Below, one piece after another: positions 22,876 to 34,355 of a stretch of 64,000 nt of DNA. The notes below the pieces were generated by a model. It was not told the DNA's origin and did not search any database. It saw only the letters and a program-made list of their open reading frames with translations. Location of the stretch: positions 7,393,870 through 7,457,869 of the forward strand of contig NC_090294.1 of NCBI RefSeq assembly GCF_037392515.1, read 5' to 3'. The stretch is from Haliotis asinina (lineage: Eukaryota). Position 1 is the first letter of the stretch. The number at the start of each line of letters is the position of its first letter. A program made the translations under genes and the position numbers.

Positions 22876-23311
22876 GTGAGAATGGTTAACTTACAACTGC
22901 CTCATGGTAGATCGCAGATGTAGTCCGTCAGATTCAATATATGCTGAACAGCAAAGAAACACAAGTTTCGAAAAAAAAAATCTCATACAAGTAAGTGTTC
23001 ATGTTTATGCCTTTTATTAAAAAACTTATCAAAGAATTTGCATTTGTTTTGCTGTTCAGTATATATTGTGTTTTATGGAAGTGTTGCAGACTTGCGGCAA
23101 TATGGTGTAAGTTTAACATAATGTTGCAAGTTAGGGAAAGCTTTCTGTATCATACCTTTCAGCTCCAACAAAGTGAAAAATTATACATTTGTTTATTGTC
23201 AGATGATGCATTGGAGCATTTTCACACTATTGTCTCTGTTTACACACCTGTCGTTAGGGAACAAAACAACAGTTGGTTCCTCAGGTATTCAACGTTCAAA
23301 TTTGATTCCAG

Positions 23312-23383
23312 TTTTGCGGAGAACATCAAACCCGAACATGACAATGACATCTACATCACTGGGTACAGTGACCAGATTCTCAG
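23312..23383 (+). CDS. TEP1: TEP1 exon of 72 nt, lying inside a misleading 130-codon open frame
   Basis: Encodes GFAENIKPEHDNDIYITGYSDQIL, and with the next exon RFIAERG. Together these match human NPNDVTLSGCTDAILKFIAEHG. Acceptor gattccag at 23310-23311, donor GTAACC. Phase 2/2. Confidence 0.65.
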
Positions 23384-23541
23384 GTAACCATAGCAATGAA
23401 AACTAGAATTACTATCATTTGAAAAGTTAAAAATTTGAGAGTACTTATTTTGGCGTTCTCGTGCTAACCATGTAATTATTTAACTATTGATTTTTCTCGT
23501 TTTTTTAAATGAAATTATCTTCCCAAATCTTCTTATCACAG

Positions 23542-23706
23542 ATTTATTGCTGAACGTGGAGATGGAGGTCAGTTACTCCATGTTGAAAACATTGATGAGG
23601 CATTCAACTTGAAATCTGTGGTAGTGACTGCCCTTGAGAAGGTCGACAAGGCTCAGGTCAAGGTCAATCCAGAGAGGGTGTTGCCAATTTCAGCACAGAT
23701 GCCCAG
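23542..23706 (+). CDS. TEP1: TEP1 exon
   Basis: Encodes RFIAERGDGGQLLHVENIDEAFNLKSVVVTALEKVDKAQVKVNPERVLPISAQMP. Human has FIAEHGASHLLEHVGQMDKIF. Donor GTAGGT. Confidence 0.8.
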
Positions 23707-24105
23707 GTAGGTTTTTAGTAGTGGACTTTGAACTCTGCACTGGCATGCATGTTTCCTTGCGTGCATGCATGCTTGCATGTCTGTTGTGTCTGTTGTGTGT
23801 GCATGTGCCTTTGTGGGTGTGCTAGCCATTCCTTTCCAACTCATATCCTGCAGTTTAACATAGTTCCTCTCAGAGTAACAGTATAGCAATTCCACTCTGA
23901 CCAGTCAATGTTTATTCCACTTCGTTTGAAAGCCACAACAACAGCAAAATACTGGACGGATTCTTGCCCATAATTCCACAGAAACTTCCTACACTTATAA
24001 GGGAAATGTAGAGGTGTAGAAATCTGTTCTTTACTTAACAAACAAACAAAATTACAGCAAAACGATGAAATCATTCATTTGTATTGAATTGATGTTATGT
24101 TTCAG

Positions 24106-24282
24106 ATGGCGAACAGCGAGGGTGTTTATCTCGTCAACATTCAGGGACATGCATGGAGAACGTGACCTTTTGACGCGATTTGTGTTCCCCGAGCTGCGGG
24201 AGAGGGGCCGAAAACACTTCATCAACGTGTATGAGGTAGACCTCAGATGGGGAGTCACAGAGGAACTGACCAAACTCAACAG
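24106..24282 (+). CDS. TEP1: TEP1 exon (DUF4062-like region)
   Basis: Encodes [59 protein letters not shown]. This matches human [32 protein letters not shown]...[11 protein letters not shown]. Donor GTAGGT. Confidence 0.95.
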
Positions 24283-24699
24283 GTAGGTCAATCATGGCAC
24301 CTTTCTCTGCTCAACATTGCCTGTTGCAATTGATGATTGCCTAAGTATATTCCATATGATTTGCTTTACATTAAAGGTGTTTTTGATAAAACTACAGGCT
24401 TCAATTATGATAATATTCCACCCTGGAGAAATATCTTGGTTGAAATTTCATGGAGTATGTAACCATATACTTGCAGTCACTGTTTCTTTGTTGTGTGCTC
24501 TGACTAAACAATGCTCAGATCTGATCTCTGTTCATGTAATTGTTTTTTGTACGTTTGTATTTAGGCCTTTGCAGATTGAAAACTTGCATCGATAACCTTG
24601 CTACAGGACACTGCTGAGAGGTGGTAACCATGGAAACAACCTGAGCTTAACCACTCCATTCTGTTTTAATTAAAAGATGATTGTAATGTATATTTTCAG

Positions 24700-24942
24700 G
24701 ACCTTGGACCTTTGTCTTCAGGAGCTGTCCAAATGTCAGTTCTTCATCGGTATCCTTGGCAACCGATATGGCTGGGTTCCTGAAAAGTATGCAGTACCTG
24801 ATACTGCTGAGTTTGACTGGGTCCGTGACTATCCACCTGGAGCATCAGTAACAGAACTGGAGATGCATTCGGCAGCGCTGTCCAAGCCCAATGAGGTCCG
24901 AGAGAGATGCTTCTTCTACATCCGAGACAGCACGTTTGAAAA
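24700..24942 (+). CDS. TEP1: TEP1 exon
   Basis: Encodes RTLDLCLQELSKCQFFIGILGNRYGWVPEKY...SVTELEMHSAAL...CFFYIRDSTFE. This matches human [29 protein letters not shown]...SVTEMEVMQFL...LIYFRDSSF. Donor GTGGGT. Confidence 0.9.
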
Positions 24943-25233
24943 GTGGGTGTTGGTAGACTTTGAAATTTAGGTGTTTCAAATGCTGGTCCATAGTCTATGT
25001 GGAAACTTTATGCAAGATACTGAGTTCATAAATAGGATCCTGCATCCTATCAGTAAATTATAACATATGTAGACTTCTATCTACTGAGACTATTCGTTCA
25101 GTTGTTGTATTAAGGGTCTTGTTTTTCATTTCATGCATATTTGTATACAAGCACCACAAGTTCATTTTGTCATGGTGCATATATTACACAAATAAGCAGC
25201 TATTTAGAATCCACAATAACTTTATGCTTACAG

Positions 25234-25347
25234 AGATGTCCCAAAAGAATTTATAACTGACTTCACCACCGAGAATGAGGTCAGCAGAGAGAAATTGGCA
25301 CGTCTCAAGAGTCGTGTCAGATCAAGTGGTCTTGAGGTTTATGATGG
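25234..25347 (+). CDS. TEP1: TEP1 exon
   Basis: Encodes KDVPKEFITDFTTENEVSREKLARLKSRVRSSGLEVYD, matching human [33 protein letters not shown]. Donor GTGAGT. Confidence 0.8.
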
Positions 25348-25769
25348 GTGAGTCAGCATGTCTGTAATAAGATCTGATAACTCTCAAGGAACTCATCAGT
25401 TGAGATGGCTTAAGAAAACTTGCTACTTGTATACCTATCCTACAAAAAAATCTGTATTCAAATTTTTACCTTTTCTTTAGATTTTGTAATTTATCACACA
25501 AGAAGTTCACTCAGTAAGGGAAGAATGGTTTACGGTGTTATTTTCTTCATGCACAATGCCTGTAAACATTATATGGTATCTCATGATCTTTTCTTATGTG
25601 GAAAATATGAAAAGAAAAATTCATAAAAATGAATTTAAAATTCCATCAGTAAAACATTTCATATCAAACATCCTGTGGGAATTTTGAAGACCATTTGGTC
25701 ATTTTTTTCCATCAATTCATTGTGACTGATACACCAGCTTGAGGATTGAATGTAAATGTGTTTTCACAG

Positions 25770-25890
25770 CTATCCCTGCACCTGGGGTGGCACTGTGGAT
25801 AAGAAGCCCATCACCAGCGGACTCAACAACTTTGGGATCAGAGTTCTCAACAACTTGTGGACAGCCATTCAAAATCAGTTCCCAGATGAG
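25770..25890 (+). CDS. TEP1: TEP1 exon
   Basis: Encodes GYPCTWGGTVDKKPITSGLNNFGIRVLNNLWTAIQNQFPDE, matching human [38 protein letters not shown]. Donor GTAAGC. Confidence 0.9.
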
Positions 25891-26333
25891 GTAAGCACGA
25901 TGTGGCTGCTCAGAAGTTTGGGAATCATTTTTTGTGGGTCATTGTTGGAAATTGTGTTATTTTGATCATGTTTGAGACTTGATTTATGATCCAAATAACC
26001 CAAACTGTTCAATCTGTAATCAAATACAATCAATGTATTGAGTGTGAAATGTACAGTTACCCTGCTTGAGGCTCAGAGAGATAAGTGATGTCATTTGATC
26101 ATGACATAATTGTAACCAATTGCATAACATTGTCCTTCACTGCATCTTCATGCAATTTCATTACAGCGATATCTCCCTGTTTGGGATGATTTAGTGTATC
26201 TCAGAATGATAGAAATTGCATCTAATTCTTTTTTGGGTTATGGGTATGAATATTACATTTCTTTCTCATCTTTATAAATTTTGTTTGATACGAAACTGAG
26301 GAGAGTAAAACAGTTTCTGGTTGTTTCTCCCAG

Positions 26334-26516
26334 GAGGCCATGCTGGATGAAGACACACACATTGCCAAGCTACACCGAGCATTTGTGGACAGCCGCCAGT
26401 CCCAGTTCATTGGTCGGAAGACGCTGATCAAGGAATGCATCAACAAGATCGTGGAGATACAGTCGGGTGTCATCACGCTGGCGGGAAAACCTGGATCAGG
26501 GAAAACATCACTTGTG
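26334..26516 (+). CDS. TEP1: TEP1 exon with the NACHT P-loop
   Basis: Encodes EAMLDEDTHIAKLHRAFVDSRQSQFIGRKTLIKECINKIVEIQSGVITLAGKPGSGKTSLV. The Walker A motif GKPGSGKT matches human GQSGQGKT. Donor GTAGGT. Confidence 0.9.
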
Positions 26517-27068
26517 GTAGGTTACTGTACTTCTCAGAAGAAATACATGCTTTTTGTAAATTTCAAACTCAGTAATTTAACTGAAGAATGAGGTCTATTT
26601 TTATGGATTTGTAACTTCTTTGTTCTGTATAGGCGACATTTCGACATAGATCCATTATGTTGTCAAGCAAGTGATGTGTGTTTTGACATAGATTGTAACT
26701 AGCTGACATTAGAATTTATGTCGAAACATCACCTATACAGAATAAAGAAGTTGCATATCCATAAAAATAGTCCTCATTCTTCATCTATTCAACTTCTCGA
26801 ATGCCTGTCCAAGAAGTTGAAATTTAACTTGCAGTATTTTAACCCATTAGAGAGGCAAAGGGATAGCCTAGAGGTTCCACTCATCACACTCAAGACCCGG
26901 GCTCTATACCCTGCATGGGTACAGTGTGAAACACATTGCTGGTGTTCCTTCTGGGATATTATTAAAGGTGTTGTAAACCTAGCCTCACTGTACTCAAATG
27001 AGGAAAAATTAACATTTGCTTTTGTTTTTGTGTCGAGAGTGATTAATGTAAATTCATTCTTGTTTCAG

Positions 27069-27244
27069 GCCAGCCTACTTCACTCATACCTTGAGTCCAA
27101 GTTCTGTGACAGCGCTGCGACTGTTCTTGTGCACATAGTTGGAGCTGCTCCTGGGTCACAGAACATCATGGCTACGGTCAAGAGGCTGTGTCATGAGATC
27201 AATCGACTGTTCGGTCTGCAGTCAGAGATACCGGAAGACTTCAA
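27069..27244 (+). CDS. TEP1: TEP1 exon, NACHT
   Basis: Encodes ASLLHSYLESKFCDSAATVLVHIVGAAPGSQNIMATVKRLCHEINRLFGLQSEIPEDF, matching human FFHFSGARPDQGLALTLLRRLCTYLRGQL. Donor GTGAGT. Confidence 0.85.
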
Positions 27245-28009
27245 GTGAGTATAATTTACTGCAGATGTAATACACACTGGAGCTGTATCCATCTTTCTGA
27301 ATATTCTGTTTGTATAAAGTGCACATTCAAGAGCAGTTGTACATTATCCATTTGAAGTATATTTTGTCTGGCTTCAGAGGTTATCAGTCTTTTGTTTCAA
27401 ACACAGTAGGTCTTGTGCAGTGGTTGTGAAGTTATTGTTATACAATGTAGTTCATCTAAATACTTTTGGTTAAGACAAACTTAGTGGTGAAATAATTAAT
27501 GAAGTCTGTCAGAAAATAGTTAATTCCAGGAATTTGTTGAGAGAGCTGTTTGTTCCAGTTAACATGATTGTGAAGTTTTTATTGATGTTCATTAGAGTTT
27601 TGTTGGTTCCTGAAGTTTTTGGACGTGAGAGAACTGTTTGTTACGAGGAACCTGGCCCCAATTTCTCTTAATTGTAAAGTTTTTACCCTGATTTCAAACT
27701 GAGTTGGATGATTTGAAACAGCTATATCAACTGCAGTTTTTAGTATAAAAAAGATCAATCTATCCAGCAAACTCTAACTGTCTGCTATGTTTGATTTTAA
27801 TGTCTATTTCATTTCATTGTGGGAAATGCCTTTTCCTTCATTGTGTGAAATTAGAGTCAAACTCTACCTTTTGTCCAACCCTGGACTTAAATTTGTTTGG
27901 AGAAATCAGGGCCTGGTGGTGCTGGTAGTGAAGTTTTTGTTGATGTTCATCAGAGTATTTACAAGTTTATGGTTATTGTTGAAGTCTGTAAGCCTGTTGA
28001 TGGTTCCAG

Positions 28010-28157
28010 GAATCTGGTGGTGAAGTTCGGTGAGCTGTTGAAGGAAGCAGGGAAGGTGTGTGGCTCTACAATGGTGGTAGTGATGGATGGACTGGACCTG
28101 ATGGACAATGTCCACCAACCATACAATATGGAGTGGCTCCCCAACCCAGTGCCTGAT
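28010..28157 (+). CDS. TEP1: TEP1 exon, NACHT
   Basis: Encodes KNLVVKFGELLKEAGKVCGSTMVVVMDGLDLMDNVHQPYNMEWLPNPVPD, matching human SLVWELQQRLL...TQVLIIDGADRLVDQNGQLISDWIPKKLP. Donor GTAAGT. Confidence 0.85.
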
Positions 28158-28359
28158 GTAAGTACACTGTGACTGTTGACTTTTGTAAGGAATGTTGCAC
28201 CTGTATATATTGTTTTTAATTAATGATGGCAGATGTTCAGACAACAAAAAAGACTTATGGTTTCATTAAACCTCAGTGATAAAGCTGGAAGTTTGCTGAC
28301 TCAGGTGTTTATCAACATGGACCCTGTCTTGTGTCATGTTCGTGAAGGCACTTACTTCT

Positions 28360-28540
28360 TTGTCTGATGCAGGGCCTGAGATATCCTGGTGGTGAAAGCA
28401 TTCACTCATCTCGCCATAGAACCGGGGTCAATTCCCCCATGAATACAATGAGTGAAGTCCATTTGTTGTTACCACTGCTGTGATATTGCCCGAATGTTGC
28501 AGAAACCAGCGTAAAACTAAATTCACTCACTGCACTGCAC
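28360..28540 (+). mobile_element. tRNA-derived SINE, head type, plus, in TEP1 intron 23
   Basis: Reads gggcctgagatatcctggtggtgaaagcattcactcatctcgcc...ggggtcaattccccc...gtgaagtccatttgttgt...gtaaaactaaattcactcactg. Confidence 0.6.
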
Positions 28541-28623
28541 TCTGTCATCATGTCACTGTGTTATCATCTCAAAAAACAAAAATAGAAGCATTGTCTTCAA
28601 AACCATACTTGATTGTGTTTCAG

Positions 28624-28800
28624 AACGTGGTGTTTGTGTTGTCTGTGGTGGAAAATGAAAAGTGCCACAAGTCTCTGCAACGTCTCAACACGCAAGAGAT
28701 TGTCGTTGGTGGTCTTGATGTGTTTGATAAGGCTGAGGTTGTCCGATCCACTCTGCGAGAACATCGTAAGACGCTGAGCGAGACACCATTCAACAACCAG
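28624..28800 (+). CDS. TEP1: TEP1 exon
   Basis: Encodes NVVFVLSVVENEKCHKSLQRLNTQEIVVGGLDVFDKAEVVRSTLREHRKTLSETPFNNQ, matching human CVHLVLSVSSDAGL...LEESPFNNQ. Donor GTGAAC. Confidence 0.85.
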
Positions 28801-28995
28801 GTGAACATACCTATCTTCTCTTAGTATTTATCATAAGTCATGAAAATTGATTCCCATGAAGATCTTGGTTAGAATCCGGCTTCAACAACACATACTCGTC
28901 GTCAAAGGCAACTAGGGGAATACATTAGTATGATAGATTATACTGAGATATGATTTGTTAGTTTAGTTATCTGGAAACATGTTGACTTGCGCCCT

Positions 28996-29062
28996 GGTTG
29001 GTTGGTTGGTTGGTTGGTTGGTTGGTAGGGTGGGTGGGTTTGAGTGAGTGAGTGAGTGAGCA
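28996..29062. repeat. Compound microsatellite (TTGG)n-(GGGT)n-(GTGA)n
   Basis: Reads ttggttggttggttggttggttggtagggtgggtgggtttgagtgagtgagtgagtgag. Confidence 0.9.
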
Positions 29063-29064
29063 AA

Positions 29065-29190
29065 ATTCAAGCTAAATTGCGACAGTCTGTAAATGATCAA
29101 ATGTTAGCACAATAATAATAAGATAATCAAGACTGGTCCAGACAAGCCAGTGATCGGTAGCATGAGCATTGATCTATGCAATTATTGACA
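29065..29190 (-). mobile_element. SINE body/tail type, partial, minus
   Basis: Reads tcaagactggtccagacaagccagtgatcggtagcatgagcattgatctatgcaatt, preceded by the reverse-complemented tail gtctgtaaatgatc. Confidence 0.45.
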
Positions 29191-29226
29191 AAGTTGTGGT
29201 AATAATGTAATATGATGGTCTTACAG

Positions 29227-29319
29227 CTGAAACTCATCACATCAAAGAAGGAAGCCACCAATCCCCTCTACCTTAAATTGGCCTGTGAGGAACTCCGAGT
29301 CTTTGGAGTCTTTGAGCAG
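29227..29319 (+). CDS. TEP1: TEP1 exon
   Basis: Encodes LKLITSKKEATNPLYLKLACEELRVFGVFEQ, matching human MRLLLVKRESGRPLYLRLVTDHLRLFTLYEQ. Donor GTAACG. Confidence 0.9.
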
Positions 29320-29537
29320 GTAACGCAGATTTCACTTTTCACAATTTGACATCCAACATCATTGTATATTTATACAGAATATCAAATGGAATCATGGATG
29401 TTTTGGTGTGGAGAATGATCATGAAGATAAGTATGTCCTAAATACTCATGATCCCTTATCTGTTTCTTCAGTATATGTTACATTGCTTAGTTGTGTCAAA
29501 GTAAAACAAACTAGACTGGGAATGGTTGTACACTGAT

Positions 29538-29672
29538 TTTAGCAATATTCCAGCAACATCACATCATTGAACACCAGAAATGGGCTTCACACATTGTACA
29601 CATGTGGGGAATCAAACCTGGGTTTTGGAGTACCGAGCCAACGCTTAAACCATTAGGCTACCCCACCGCAGC
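29538..29672 (-). mobile_element. tRNA-derived SINE, head type, minus, in TEP1 intron 25
   Basis: Reverse complement reads gctgcggtggggtagcctaatggtttaagcgttggctcggtactccaaaacccaggtttgattccccacatgtgtacaatgtgtgaagcccatttctggtg. Confidence 0.65.
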
Positions 29673-30213
29673 AAACAAGATAGAAATATGTCACATAGAA
29701 AATAGTTCCTCAAAGGAATATTTCCCCACATAAAGAAGTCTGACAAGGGTCACATTTGTAATAATTTCTGAAGCAATGCATGACAAGATGACATCAGGAA
29801 CATTAAACATAGGCAGTATGATTCTATGCAGTATTTGAAAACAACAATAAGGCCAGACCAATTTTAATTTTATATCTTAGTTTATGGATTTTTGTCCTCA
29901 GAAAACCTAAATGCAGGAGGAAAAAAAAATGAAATAAAATCACCAGTCAAAGAAATATTTCTTCTAAATAGTAAACATATATGTGTATATGGTGCAAAAA
30001 AACCAATCAAAAAAAAATTTCTTGTAAGTTTACATTTGTGGCCAATTAAATCATAAGGACTTTTTTGAGCGGGAAAAATTTATGCGTTAATATTCTTTGA
30101 AAAAATATGACAGGCGAATCTGTGAAATAAGAGATAAAATTGGTCTGGCAAAATGATGTCAACATTATGACATTGCTCGTTTTATGGTATCATTTAGTTG
30201 CTTCTTTTTCCAG

Positions 30214-30346
30214 ATAGCCTCGAAGTTAAAGTCGCTGCCCCACACAACACCCCAGCTGCTGCAGGAGGTGCTTGCCAGATTGGAGACGGACCATGGCCAG
30301 ACTGTAGTATCTACTGCCCTCTCTCTACTGGTCTGTGCCAGAGACG
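30214..30346 (+). CDS. TEP1: TEP1 exon
   Basis: Encodes IASKLKSLPHTTPQLLQEVLARLETDHGQTVVSTALSLLVCARD, matching human VSERLRTLPATVPLLLQHILSTLEKEHGPDVLPQALTALEVTRS. Donor GTATGA. Ends in phase 1. Confidence 0.85.
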
Positions 30347-30444
30347 GTATGACTTCAAACTGCATATTACTGCATATTTCTGATATAGAGCTGTCAATAG
30401 AATTAACATGATTATAACTCTTCATTTTAGCATGTACCCATAAA

Positions 30445-30620
30445 CATGTTGATTAGAATTGGTCTTCAGTAACCCTTGCTTGTCATTAGAGGCGACTTAT
30501 CGAATCGGAAGGTCTAGCTTGTGTAGATTAATGCTCATGCTGTTGATCACTGGATTGTCTGGTCTAGACTTAGTTATTTAAAGACTGTGGCCACATAACT
30601 GGAATACTGCTGAGGGTTGC
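30445..30620 (+). mobile_element. SINE body/tail type, plus, in TEP1 intron 26
   Basis: Reads ...gttgatcactggattgtctggtctagacttagttatttaaagactgtggccacataactggaatactgctgagggttgcattaaaca. Confidence 0.6.
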
Positions 30621-30802
30621 ATTAAACAATAAACCAACTGACCACCAAAATCATCTTGGCATTGGGTGTCTTTTCATCACCCCTCCTTGAGGGAGACTCT
30701 TGTCTCCCTGTCAACTGTCGAATATTAATTGACAGCCTGATTACAGCTGGACCTAAATGTTCTATATGGGATAATTTTTTATGTTATTACATCAATGTTT
30801 AG

Positions 30803-30980
30803 GGCTACCAGCAGAGGATCTTCGACAACTGCTCACATGGTGGAATATCCTGGGAAGTAGGAAGTTTGATGTCAACGACTTTATGAACATCGACATTGAT
30901 TTGGAGGACCTCATGCCCCCGGCTTCTTTCTCTTACCTCTGCCGCTCAATTCAGAGTTTCCTCAACCCAAGTGGAGCATG
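30803..30980 (+). CDS. TEP1: TEP1 exon
   Basis: Encodes GLPAEDLRQLLTWWNILGSRKFDVNDFMNIDIDLEDLMPPASFSYLCRSIQSFLNPSGA, matching human GLTVDQLHGVLSVWRTLPKG...FACLVQSLRSLL. Donor GTGAGA. Ends in phase 2. Confidence 0.8.
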
Positions 30981-31087
30981 GTGAGACACTCATGACATTC
31001 TTCATTCAGTTTTTTAATTTACTTCTTTTTGTTTCAGCTAAAAGTTTGTTGAATATTTTATGACAATTAATTCAGTATGGTAAGAGG

Positions 31088-31160
31088 TTTGGGGTAGCCT
31101 AGTTGTTAAAGTGTCAGCTCGTCTCACCAAAGGCCCAGATTTCAATCCCTCATGTGGCCT
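31088..31160 (+). mobile_element. tRNA-derived SINE head fragment
   Basis: Reads ggggtagcctagttgttaaagtgtcagctcgtctcaccaaaggcccagatttcaatccctcatgtgg. Confidence 0.5.
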
Positions 31161-31213
31161 GTTTCTATGTTTTGTCTTCTGGTATCCATGACAGCCAGTT
31201 GTTTTCTTTTCAG

Positions 31214-31323
31214 GAGCACCTGCCTGTCACTAGCCCATGCAGAGATAATGAATGCTGTCCGTCATCGATATCTACGTGGTGCTGCTGGAGATAAGGAACT
31301 AACCCTGCACAAACTCCTTGCAG
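31214..31323 (+). CDS. TEP1: TEP1 exon
   Basis: Encodes WSTCLSLAHAEIMNAVRHRYLRGAAGDKELTLHKLLA, matching human RLCLPDGPLRTAAKRCYGKRPGLEDTAHILIAAQL. Donor GTAATC. Ends in phase 1. Confidence 0.8.
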
Positions 31324-31513
31324 GTAATCTATTGCCCACCATGGATGCTCATATCTGCTGTAGATTTATTAACTTCTAGATACAAATATTAGCTTTGTCA
31401 TTTGACCTTCCATGAATTACAGGGGTGATTGGGGAAGACTATCTTAATCGTTACAGTAAGAATGATGTCATGTTGTTTCCAAGCGTTGTATGTCTGTTTC
31501 TGTTCTGTTTCAG

Positions 31514-31599
31514 GCTACTACCTCCGCCAGGCCGACCCTGAGAAAACAGGAACCTGGACAGGACACACCCGCGCCTTCAGTGAGCTGCCCTACCATCTG
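31514..31599 (+). CDS. TEP1: TEP1 exon
   Basis: Encodes GYYLRQADPEKTGTWTGHTRAFSELPYHL, matching human ASGTFRSCPPEALGDLPYHL. Donor GTCAGT. Confidence 0.8.
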
Positions 31600-32102
31600 G
31601 TCAGTCTTTCTCTTACAGTTGAAGGCTTTAACTCACCTGGAAACAGCTACATGATCTCATCAGACCTACTAGTTATCTCCAAAGGACTAGTGAAGAGCAT
31701 ATTTGTTTTACCAAACGTCTCAATGTTAATTTTGAATTGTTTGATCCATGGGTATAAAACTTTTTCTTGCCATTGCTAGATTTTTCAGACGACTAGTAAA
31801 AACTGTCTAGAGTTATCTCCCTTCCATTGATTTGCATTCAAGCATATGCGATTCAGTGTTATTTCAGATAAAGAATTACCACAAAGTACCAAATGAATTT
31901 GACATTGCCAGTGGGGTACGCAGAAAATGTTATTCACTTTGAAAACATTGAAAATGATAGAAGAAACAACATTTGTGTATGAGGCAAGAAAAACTAGTAT
32001 GAATTTGATGTGCTTGATAATACAAGTTAGTGTTTATGTTTTTTCCAAGATTTGACAAATGTATTTGACAATATTGTACAAGAATATTCTTCAAAAATTC
32101 AG

Positions 32103-32217
32103 GCTGCAAGTGGGTGCTTCTCAGATCTGAAACTGATACTGTGTGACCTTCACTTCATCCACGCTAAGTGTAAGCTTGGTCTCGCTGTCCAGCTGATGGA
32201 TGACTTTGTTGCAAAAG
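32103..32217 (+). CDS. TEP1: TEP1 exon
   Basis: Encodes AASGCFSDLKLILCDLHFIHAKCKLGLAVQLMDDFVAK, matching human LQSGNRGLLSKFLTNLHVVAAHLELGLVSRLLEAHALY. Acceptor aaattcag, donor GTAATG. Ends in phase 1. Confidence 0.8.
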
Positions 32218-32924
32218 GTAATGAGATCTGTTCATACAGGTTAAATTGAAATTAATTTATCATTCAAAAACTGACTTCCACCTGAGGTATCCCTTCAGTG
32301 ATCATTGTCACTTTCATGAACTCAATAAAATGACAACATTTACTTCTATTGCTGTGGATCTGAGTAGCTGTTAAAGGCACTTGATATTGTTTGCAAGCTG
32401 AAAGACTTTGCACTATGGTAAATCACCCTCTCATGTCTGTTGATCAAATCTATCAAACTTTTCAGTGACAGCTACAAGCATTTGTTGGCACATTCTGGCC
32501 CTGATTTCTCGAAACAGACTTAAGTTTTTACTCGAATTTCAAACTCAGTTTGACAATTTGAAACACTTGAATCTTTAACTCAACTGAATTGTTTCATTTT
32601 TTAAATAGAAAGCCCAATCCATACAAGTAATCTATCCACCAAACTCAAATTGTTATGTGTCCTGGATATTGTTCCATAAATTGGTCTCAGGGCAAACACT
32701 GAGTCCATGTTAAAACATGGGTGTTCTGATCGTGTTAATGCTGAAGACTCATGATGGAATAGTTCCCAGGAGATAATTCAGAGGTGCCTTCAGTCTCATC
32801 TATATGTCAGTGACACCTTTGTAACATTAAGAACTGGCATTTCATGGCATCTGTGCTTGGAGTGGTATGTTGTGTCCAGATAATTGAAGAACTATAACAC
32901 TGAGATGTGTGTGTGTGTTGACAG

Positions 32925-33033
32925 TGGCCACTACGAACAAGACCTTGGAGAAGGAGCAGGTCCGTTTCCAGGCGGTGCCAAGAGTTCAGCAGTATGCCTC
33001 ATTTGTGTCACGGAATCTGCACGTTCTGGCCAG
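32925..33033 (+). CDS. TEP1: TEP1 exon
   Basis: Encodes VATTNKTLEKEQVRFQAVPRVQQYASFVSRNLHVLA, matching human ADVAVFRTFLRQQASILSQYPRLL. Donor GTAAAT. Ends in phase 2. Confidence 0.75.
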
Positions 33034-33404
33034 GTAAATGTCTCCACTGTCAGTCCTTTCATACTGGTATCAGTGACGTGAGGTCACATGGGGTGTAACT
33101 TCAATAAACCATAAAATTAGGGCCATTTAATCTGTAGCCATTAGATTTTCAGGATAGTCAGTGATGAAAGACATGAAAAGCAACCAGCTGTCAAGTGGAA
33201 TCTAAAATGTCATATCAGCATTCTGCTAGTATCAAAACATAGGGATTGCTGATTCTACCCTCATTTCGTTACTCTTTTAGTTTTGTTGATTATTGAATTA
33301 TGATTTTTGTCCAATTTAACAGATTTTAGATTTTCTATTTAATTGTGTTACATTAATATAACCCCCAGGAAACAAGATGTTTTCAGGTTCACTGAAAAGA
33401 TTGA

Positions 33405-33545
33405 TGCATGTTATGGCATCCCCATTATTTAGATTGATGCTCACGATGTCAATCACTGGATTGTCTGATACAGACTTGATATTTACAGGCTGGTATTACA
33501 TAGCTGGAATATAGAGAGCATCATTAAACAACAATCATAATGTTA
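33405..33545 (+). mobile_element. SINE body/tail type, plus, in TEP1 intron 31
   Basis: Reads gattgatgctcacgatgtcaatcactggattgtctgatacagacttgatatttacaggctggtattacatagctggaatatagagagc. Confidence 0.55.
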
Positions 33546-33750
33546 TATCTGGTAGATTAAATAATGAGCATCATGACAATACCTTGATGATTTTAATAGC
33601 AGCAAAATGATGTTCATGACATTTGGTACCCTTTGACAACCTTGCAAAAAATGTGTTATGCTGCCAGTAACTAAAAGGGGTTTCCTGCCATATTAGCATT
33701 GCATTTATGTGGAACATATGATATAATATGATGTACTTTTCTTCATGCAG

Positions 33751-33910
33751 TCATCCAGCCTTGACCTGGCAGCAGGCAGTAAATGAACCAGATACATCGG
33801 AGGTGTGTGTTGACGCCAAGGCCCTGAGTGAGGACAACAGTTACATGGAGTGGAGCAACAAGCCGACACAGACAGACCCCTGCTACCTCAACATCAGCAA
33901 CCTCCCACAG
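33751..33910 (+). CDS. TEP1: TEP1 exon
   Basis: Encodes SHPALTWQQAVNEPDTSEVCVDAKALSEDNSYMEWSNKPTQTDPCYLNISNLPQ. Human has WHLQHTLRWLNKP. Donor GTACGC. Confidence 0.75.
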
Positions 33911-34259
33911 GTACGCACATCTCACACATACGATTAATGATAGAACTTGAATTTCCAGTATTTAAATGTTATGGATAATTTACCATTATGGTACTGGTTT
34001 AGCTTTCCTTTGAATCCTTCCTTATTCATCTTTTTTATATTTCAGTCCTAATATTATTCAACTCTTTGTTTTAAGTCACTTTTAGAAAGTCATTCATATG
34101 AAATACGAAAAATACAAGATCATATAATGTAATGAATAACTGTAATGTAGCCATGCTCCTGCCCTTTTACAAGTATATTTGAAAGTACTTTCCAGTGAAA
34201 CAACAATATATTTTCAATTTCTCAGAAATAATTTTTTATCTTGTGAATTTTTCATTCAG

Positions 34260-34355
34260 CCCTCAACTTGTGTGACTGTGTCGAGTGACAGCCAGTACTT
34301 CGCTACGGGTGGGATGGACTGCCTTGTCCGGCTTTACAACATGGACACTGGAAAG
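34260..34355 (+). CDS. TEP1: TEP1 exon (first WD40 repeats)
   Basis: Encodes PSTCVTVSSDSQYFATGGMDCLVRLYNMDTGK, matching human SPTAVAFSTNGQRAAVGTANGTVYLLDLRTWQ. Donor GTAGTT. Confidence 0.85.

Noticed and set aside
22995-23311. The long ORF, 130 aa from 22995, as a TEP1 exon
   Set aside because: Homology with human TEP1 resumes only at 23312, at NIKPEHDNDIYITGYSDQILR. The upstream part of the ORF has no counterpart and a phase-compatible acceptor exists at 23310-23311. It is treated as intron.
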